From a virus (Duplodnaviria; Caudoviricetes), in IMG/VR virus record IMGVR_UViG_3300016476_001277, positions 1-32,193 of that record: 32,193 nt of DNA. One strand, written 5' to 3'. Shown one piece after another: positions 25,552-32,193 of this stretch (the stretch's first letter is position 1; each line of letters begins with the position of its first letter). Made by a program: the position numbers and the translations under genes. Below the pieces are notes generated by a model. The model made no database searches. It had not been told where the DNA came from and worked only from the letters and a program-made list of their open reading frames with translations.

Positions 25552-25991
25552 TGAAAATGTATATTGATGAGTCAGCACCATGTTGGTCTGGCTATGAAAT
25601 GATTGGAATGAAAAATAAAGCAGGACGCAAAGTTCCTAACTGTGTTCCAATACAGGAAGCCGACGGGTATTGCCCTTCTTGCTTGATTGAATATATTAAA
25701 CGATCTGTAAATGAAAATGAATTCATTAACATTGTAGAGCCAGGACTTAATGAAGCAGAATATCGTGGACGAAAAGTTAAGCTCGGCAAACCAATGCAAG
25801 GCGATGTTAAGAAATTCAAAGTTTACGTTAAGAATGACAAAGGCAACGTTGTAAAGGTCAACTTCGGAGACCCTAATATGAGGATACGTAAAAGCAATCC
25901 AGCACGTAGACGTTCATTTAGAGCTAGACACCGTTGTGAAACTCCTGGGCCGAGATGGAAAGCTAGATATTGGTCTTGTCGTAAGTGGTAA
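25551..25991 (+). CDS. modular basic phage protein (CW.GY..VPNCVP module + AEY.GRKV..RARH.C..ARYWSC.W module)
   Basis: Both modules are recognisable phage mini-domains, separated by x-x-E motifs. Confidence 0.75.
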   Translation: MKMYIDESAPCWSGYEMIGMKNKAGRKVPNCVPIQEADGYCPSCLIEYIKRSVNENEFINIVEPGLNEAEYRGRKVKLGKPMQGDVKKFKVYVKNDKGNVVKVNFGDPNMRIRKSNPARRRSFRARHRCETPGPRWKARYWSCRKW

Positions 25992-25992
25992 T

Positions 25993-26023
25993 TTGGAAAT
26001 TTAAATTGTTTTTACTAATATAG
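25993..26023 (+). promoter_or_regulatory. class A promoter (TTG-N20-TAATATAG)
   Basis: TTG at 25993-25995, TA at 26016, then AGTATG. Confidence 0.45.
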
Positions 26024-26026
26024 AGT

Positions 26027-26209
26027 ATGGAAATGGCGGATCGGATTGAAGAAATTATGATGGAAGCGTATGCTTATGGTATACATGAAGAAGTATTTAA
26101 TGCAGTCGGACAAATGAAACGAGAGCAAAAGTATAATTTGGCTGATGCATATGAAATTGCATTTCAACAAACAATGTCAAGATATGAACAACCAGACTCT
26201 GAAAATTAA
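26027..26209 (+). CDS. hypothetical protein
   Basis: 60-aa acidic ORF directly after a class A promoter. Confidence 0.65.
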   Translation: MEMADRIEEIMMEAYAYGIHEEVFNAVGQMKREQKYNLADAYEIAFQQTMSRYEQPDSEN

Positions 26210-26336
26210 TTTAGGTGCATCACGAGAATCACAAAAGCAACAAGGCTTCTTTGATGGTCGATTCGTTGCGAGGACTGAACAATCTAAAAAAACATATACT
26301 CGTAAAAACAAACATAAAAATAAATCATATGAATAA
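26184..26336 (+). CDS. 50-aa basic peptide, ArfA/BrfA-like
   Basis: MNNQTLKINLGASRESQKQQGFFDGRFVARTEQSKKTYTRKNKHKNKSYE; DxxFxxRxExxKK..YxRKxKH pattern. Confidence 0.55.
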   Translation: MNNQTLKINLGASRESQKQQGFFDGRFVARTEQSKKTYTRKNKHKNKSYE

Positions 26337-27414
26337 ACTACTAGTAGTATTCTTGTTTTTAGCAGGGTTTGCTAAAACACAAACTGTTGTACAATTCGAT
26401 CGGATGGAAACGTGGTCTCCAGCATACGCAACATCAGGATGGTGGATTCCAGCAGCAACCGCAACTTGGGCATCTAACACATCAGTGTCACCATCAACAA
26501 GCGCTGTTATATATGGATTAGGAAGTGGTACCTCAACAATTGAGCAAGATTGGTATTCATTGCCTAACGTTACTGGACTAAATACATCGCATCCATATCA
26601 ATTGAAATTTCGATTAGCATCACATACATTTACAGCTCCTGCAGCAGCAACAAGGGGAGTAGATGCTGCTGATATAGTTGAAGTACAAGTATCAACAAAC
26701 GGCGGCATATCATACGTACAAGAGTTAAGAATAACTGGTAACTCTAATGCCCAATGGCCATTTACCGCATCTGGTACAATTATACATAATGCAAACGGTA
26801 TTTGGACTAATTCTGCCGCTCCAGCTGGAGATGTTTATCAAGCACCTGCAGGAGTAACGACAACGGGCCCTACTACAATTACACTTAATTTGCCAACCGG
26901 AATTTCGCAGGTAGCAATTGATATCCTTTGTAGAATCAATTCAGCCGGAGAAGAATGGTGGATTGATGATATTGAATTGATCGAGATATTTCCGCTGCCG
27001 GTGGAGTTAATGTCATTCGAAGGATTTTCTACAGAGAATGGCAATGTGATAACATGGGTAACTGCGACTGAACATAATTCAGATTATTATTTAATTGAAC
27101 GTACTACAACCGGTGAGTTCAATGAGAATTCAGTAATCGGTCAGAAACCAGCTATGGGTAATACTACTCAGCAATCATCATATTCATTTGTCGATAATCA
27201 GTTTGATAATGCTATTAATTATTATCAGCTTGTACAAGTAGATATAGATGGACAATATAAAATATACGGCCCGATATCTATCAACAATTTAATTAAACCT
27301 CGCAACGTTGTTAAGATCATCAACATGTTAGGACAAGAATGCGACCCTAACTCAGATCATGGCGTATTCATTGAAATTTATGATGATGGTACCATGGAAA
27401 AAGTTTATCGATAG
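26329..27414 (+). CDS. secreted beta-sandwich protein with Bacteroidota PLPVEL/Ig-like and CTD-like domains
   Basis: Signal peptide MNKLLVVFLFLAGFAKT|Q; PLPVELMSF...W.TATEHNSDYY.IER...YY.LVQVDIDG; terminal KIINMLGQE...YDDGTMEK. ATG 26329 preferred. Confidence 0.75.
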   Translation: MNKLLVVFLFLAGFAKTQTVVQFDRMETWSPAYATSGWWIPAATATWASNTSVSPSTSAVIYGLGSGTSTIEQDWYSLPNVTGLNTSHPYQLKFRLASHTFTAPAAATRGVDAADIVEVQVSTNGGISYVQELRITGNSNAQWPFTASGTIIHNANGIWTNSAAPAGDVYQAPAGVTTTGPTTITLNLPTGISQVAIDILCRINSAGEEWWIDDIELIEIFPLPVELMSFEGFSTENGNVITWVTATEHNSDYYLIERTTTGEFNENSVIGQKPAMGNTTQQSSYSFVDNQFDNAINYYQLVQVDIDGQYKIYGPISINNLIKPRNVVKIINMLGQECDPNSDHGVFIEIYDDGTMEKVYR

Positions 27415-27415
27415 G

Positions 27416-27447
27416 TTGGATATACGTAAATAATTCATTATATTTAT
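27416..27447 (+). promoter_or_regulatory. class A promoter (TTG-N20-TATATTTA)
   Basis: GGTTGGA with TTG at 27416-27418 and TATATTTA at 27439. Confidence 0.65.
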
Positions 27448-27464
27448 AGTATAAAAAATGAGTT

Positions 27465-28592
27465 ATGAAGAAAATTTTTGGAACAGTTACAGATTATCGA
27501 GTATTTGAGGTAGGAACGAATCGCGACATTACACATCTATTTCGCGATATCATGATTAAAAATGCTGTAGAAAACGGCAAGGCATTAGCATTCGATGAGG
27601 AATCGCAACGCGCAAGACAAGTAGAATTGAGTGAAATCCCAACCGAACGAAATATAGAACAGCCAAAAATGGAACCTGTAGAGATGGATGCTGCAATGAA
27701 ACTTATTTCCAAAGCAGCTGACATCAAACCAGCTGACTTAGAAATGTCAGATATCAAATGGAAGTATCTAGTACGCTCAGCCGTTCGAGGAAAAAATATC
27801 ATGATGGTTGGTCCGGCAGGTTGTGGTAAAACACAAGCAGCAAAAGCATTGCCAGAAGCTACCAATAGACCTTTCTTTTATTTTAACTTAGGTGCTACGC
27901 AAGATCCACGCGCTACCCTTATTGGTAATACGCATTTCAAGGCCGGCGAGACTACCTTTGATGAGTCTGCTTTCGTAAAAGCAATTCAAACAGAGAATGC
28001 TGTAATCTTAATGGATGAGTTGTCTCGTGCGCACCCGGAAGCATGGAACATTTTAATGACTGTTTTAGATGAGGGACAACGTTATTTGAGACTAGATGAG
28101 GATATGGATTCTCCGACAATAAAAGTTGCACCAGGAGTATCATTTATTGCAACAGCAAACATTGGTACCGAATATACATCGACTCGAGTATTAGACCGAG
28201 CATTGATGGATCGTTTTGAAATCATTGAAGTTGATATCTTGACTTTAGAACGAGAAGAAGCATTATTGACTAAACGTTATGGCACAAAGGTGTCTGCAGA
28301 ATTAATTCATGCAGTTGCTGATATTGCAGACTCTACTAGAAAAGAATGGAGGTCAGAAGCCGGCAAACTTACCACTATGATTTCCACTCGTATGACAGTT
28401 CGAGTATGTGAATTGTTAGCAGATGGATTTACCCTTTCAGAAGCCGCAGAGGTAGCAATTCTTCCATTCTTTGATGCATCAGGAGGTACGGATGCAGAAA
28501 GAACCTTTGTAAAGCAAATTATTCAGAAACATATGGCAACCGCCGAACAAGATATTTTCAATACCGGAAAAGACGAATCGATTCCGTTTTAA
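27465..28592 (+). CDS. MoxR/CbbQ/CobS-like AAA+ ATPase
   Basis: GPAGCGKT (Walker A), ILMDELSRA (Walker B), FIATAN, LDRALMDRF and ISTR. Confidence 0.92.
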   Translation: MKKIFGTVTDYRVFEVGTNRDITHLFRDIMIKNAVENGKALAFDEESQRARQVELSEIPTERNIEQPKMEPVEMDAAMKLISKAADIKPADLEMSDIKWKYLVRSAVRGKNIMMVGPAGCGKTQAAKALPEATNRPFFYFNLGATQDPRATLIGNTHFKAGETTFDESAFVKAIQTENAVILMDELSRAHPEAWNILMTVLDEGQRYLRLDEDMDSPTIKVAPGVSFIATANIGTEYTSTRVLDRALMDRFEIIEVDILTLEREEALLTKRYGTKVSAELIHAVADIADSTRKEWRSEAGKLTTMISTRMTVRVCELLADGFTLSEAAEVAILPFFDASGGTDAERTFVKQIIQKHMATAEQDIFNTGKDESIPF

Positions 28593-28609
28593 GATCTTTT
28601 TCATAGCTC

Positions 28610-28676
28610 AAAAAATGGAGTGAGCCAGTTAACCTGATAGGCATACTGGTTAGTGTGAAACAGCTCCATTTTTTTT
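28610..28676 (+). terminator. extended multi-stem terminator-like RNA structure
   Basis: AAAAAATGGAG (28610-28620) pairs with CTCCATTTTTT (28664-28674); inner stems AGCCAGT/ACTGGTT and CCT/AGG; U-tract to 28676. Confidence 0.6.
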
Positions 28677-28686
28677 AAATTTTCGG

Positions 28687-28717
28687 TTGGATCATACTGT
28701 AAATTTTCTTATATTTA
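28687..28717 (+). promoter_or_regulatory. class A promoter (TTG-N20-TATATTTA)
   Basis: CGGTTGGA with TTG at 28687-28689 and TATATTTA at 28710. Confidence 0.65.
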
Positions 28718-28737
28718 AAGTATAAAAATAATGAGAT

Positions 28738-30864
28738 ATGAAAAAAGATTTTGGATTTAGAGGATATAGTTCACGCCAAGCATCTAGCTTTTGGTTGAGC
28801 GATGATTTTGATACCTCATTTCGTGTAGGCAGCAAGCATGATTATACTAAATTAGCTGCAACCCAACGAGCTATTGCAAACTTTGTTAATATTGTAACGG
28901 GCAAGCAAATACCAGTAGTATTTCAAAGCAACGATTCTAGTTATACAGACGGAGATCGAGTTGTTATCGGAACAAAGCTAGAAGATAAAAACTTTGATTC
29001 TGCAGTTGGATTAGCATTGCACGAAGGCTCGCATATTGCATTCACTGATTTTTCATTGTTTAAAGGTGCAACTCGCCTGAGTAATTCTCCATTTGCAAAT
29101 TATATTCGTATGCAAGGGTTAGATCCGGATCTCACAATGACAGAACAAGATTTTTCTATCATTAAAGATTTATTGAATTGGATTGAAGACCGCCGCATTG
29201 ATTATAAAATTTATACAAATGCTCCAGGATACCGTATGTATTATGAAGCAATGTATGACAAATACTTCAATGACAAGATCATCGATAAGGCATTAGTGCG
29301 TGGCGAAAAATGTAATGAAGATTTAGATTGTTATTTATTTCATATCATTAATTTTACGAATCCAAATAGGCAGTTAGATGCTTTATCGCAACTTAGAAAT
29401 ATCTGGAATCTTATTGACTTAAGAAATATCAATCGTCTTAAAACAACTACAGATGCACTGAATGTAGCGTGTCAAGTTTTTAAAATATTGAAGTCAACTG
29501 TTGTAGCTCCAACACCTAATAAGTCAAAGGCTACAACAACTTCAAAAGGCAATGGTACGGGCACTAGCACAGCAAGTAAACCAAGTAAACCCGAATCAGA
29601 CGAATCAGACGAAAATAATGAAACAGACTCTGATTTAGACGATGTAGATAATGTAGGATTTGATGATTCAGATGAAAGCGACTCGCCAGACTTTGATGAC
29701 TTAGACGATGCCACCGGCGAATCTAGTAACACGCAGCAATCTTCATTATCTCAAAAAGAATTAGATAAATTGGAGAAAGCAATTAATGCTCAGCGAGACT
29801 TTTTGCAAGACAATATTAAAAAGCAAGGGCGTCTTACAAAAGCTGATGCAAGTATAGTTGATGCAATTAAAGAATCGGGTACCGAAACTAGAACCGTATA
29901 TACCGATGATGCAGGAACAATGAATCCAATAACTGCGGTAGTTATCAAGAAAATTACTCCTGCAATTATTCAAAGTATACCTAGTTTATTTTGTAGTTAT
30001 TCTGATGACTTTGTTACCGGAGTTCGTTCACTCGAAAATGCCGACCAATCATACGCTGGCCGTGCAATTTTAAAAATAGATAATGCTGTGAACCAAGGCA
30101 TCATTTTAGGTAAAAAGCTAGGAAGCAAATTGCAACTTAGAAATGCAGACAAGAGTTTAAAGACGACACGTTTGACAACCGGTAAGATTGATCGAAGATT
30201 AATATCTCAACTAGGATATCAAAATGTGAATGTATTCCATCGCATCGTAACTGATCGTTATAAGAATTACTTTATTCATATTTCCATTGATGCATCGGGA
30301 TCAATGGCTGGGAAGAAATTTGAAAATGCAATCATGTCAGCAGTAGCAATTGCACAAGCAGCTTCAATGACTACCGGTATACGAGTTCAGATATCTTTAC
30401 GAGGGACTGAATCAATTGGTGGCAATCAAGAAAAGGTTGTAACATTGTATGCATATGATTCAGCTGTTGATAAGATGAGTAAAATTAAAACATATTTCAA
30501 ATACCTTAGCACATTTGGATGCACTCCAGAAGGATTAGCATTTAAAAGTATCGAGCAAGATATCAAAAAGGATGCTAAAGGTGATGAATGTATCTTTATT
30601 AATTACTCAGATGGAGAACCAACAAGTGTAACTGGAGTAAGTCCTCATTATAATGGTGTTCGTTTTACGAAAAAAGTTATTAACGGATTCCGAGAGTTAA
30701 ACATGACGATAATTAGTTATTTCATTGTTGAAGGATATGCATATGATTCTACTAGAGATAAATTTAAAACTATGTATGGACCGGATGCAGCATTTATCAA
30801 TCCGCTCAATATGTCAGAAGTAGCTAAATCGATGAATTCAAAATTCTTGGAAATTGCTAAGTAA
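28738..30864 (+). CDS. CobT-like vWA protein with an N-terminal HExxH domain (partner of the AAA+ ATPase)
   Basis: LHEGSH, NWIEDRRID, long acidic D/E/S linker, GKIDRR, IDASGSM (MIDAS), TPEG and SDGEP. Confidence 0.85.
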   Translation: MKKDFGFRGYSSRQASSFWLSDDFDTSFRVGSKHDYTKLAATQRAIANFVNIVTGKQIPVVFQSNDSSYTDGDRVVIGTKLEDKNFDSAVGLALHEGSHIAFTDFSLFKGATRLSNSPFANYIRMQGLDPDLTMTEQDFSIIKDLLNWIEDRRIDYKIYTNAPGYRMYYEAMYDKYFNDKIIDKALVRGEKCNEDLDCYLFHIINFTNPNRQLDALSQLRNIWNLIDLRNINRLKTTTDALNVACQVFKILKSTVVAPTPNKSKATTTSKGNGTGTSTASKPSKPESDESDENNETDSDLDDVDNVGFDDSDESDSPDFDDLDDATGESSNTQQSSLSQKELDKLEKAINAQRDFLQDNIKKQGRLTKADASIVDAIKESGTETRTVYTDDAGTMNPITAVVIKKITPAIIQSIPSLFCSYSDDFVTGVRSLENADQSYAGRAILKIDNAVNQGIILGKKLGSKLQLRNADKSLKTTRLTTGKIDRRLISQLGYQNVNVFHRIVTDRYKNYFIHISIDASGSMAGKKFENAIMSAVAIAQAASMTTGIRVQISLRGTESIGGNQEKVVTLYAYDSAVDKMSKIKTYFKYLSTFGCTPEGLAFKSIEQDIKKDAKGDECIFINYSDGEPTSVTGVSPHYNGVRFTKKVINGFRELNMTIISYFIVEGYAYDSTRDKFKTMYGPDAAFINPLNMSEVAKSMNSKFLEIAK

Positions 30865-30892
30865 ATATTTATATTAAATTAAAAGTTATAAA
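30865..30892 (+). promoter_or_regulatory. class B motif ATATTTAT plus AGTTATAAA
   Basis: ATATTTAT at 30865-30872 directly after the stop; AGTTATAAA at 30884. Confidence 0.55.
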
Positions 30893-30899
30893 GGAATAA

Positions 30900-32193
<1,294 letters not shown>

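Noticed and set aside
28630-28665. Hammerhead ribozyme (CTGATAG...GAAAC)
   Set aside because: The core reads CUGAUAG rather than CUGANGA, and no stem I/III with an NUH cleavage triplet could be built.
29570-29740. GAATCAGAC/GATGA repeats as a separate repeat element
   Set aside because: They simply encode the low-complexity acidic linker of the vWA protein.
882-29973. Other short minus-strand and nested ORFs in the track
   Set aside because: All overlap well-supported + strand genes and show no recognisable motifs.
27465-30864. Genuine cobalamin cobaltochelatase CobS/CobT
   Set aside because: No cobN or other B12 genes; the motifs support only a generic MoxR-vWA pair.

Overview
AT-rich, very gene-dense segment in which every credible gene lies on the + strand. 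It reads as part of a large (jumbo/huge) tailed-phage genome. The host is probably a Bacteroidota: the ClpS looks Bacteroidota-type, there is a PLPVEL/T9SS-cargo-like secreted protein, and the promoters have a TTG-N20-TA layout. Gene order: small membrane protein + SPFH; a free-standing HNH/NUMOD3 homing endonuclease inserted into the extreme 5' end of a Cas4/AddB-like PD-(D/E)XK nuclease; a SLOG protein; a 14-gene glycan synthesis/modification cluster (3.6-15.2 kb); a lysis-like module (amidase + holin-like genes); a block of probable virion proteins, many sharing an N-terminal (L/I/V)-x-E leader, including a pre-toxin-TG-like protein, a nucleotidyltransferase-LETM1-like fusion and a HExxH protein; a UVR-motif protein + ClpS; an ArfA/BrfA-like peptide; a MoxR-type AAA+ ATPase + vWA partner; and groEL, truncated by the window end. 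Two recurring upstream motifs (TTGG..N..TATATT and ATATTTAT) appear to split the genes into early/middle and late classes. No tRNA, rRNA or CRISPR array was seen. All family calls come from motifs recognised by eye, not from database searches.
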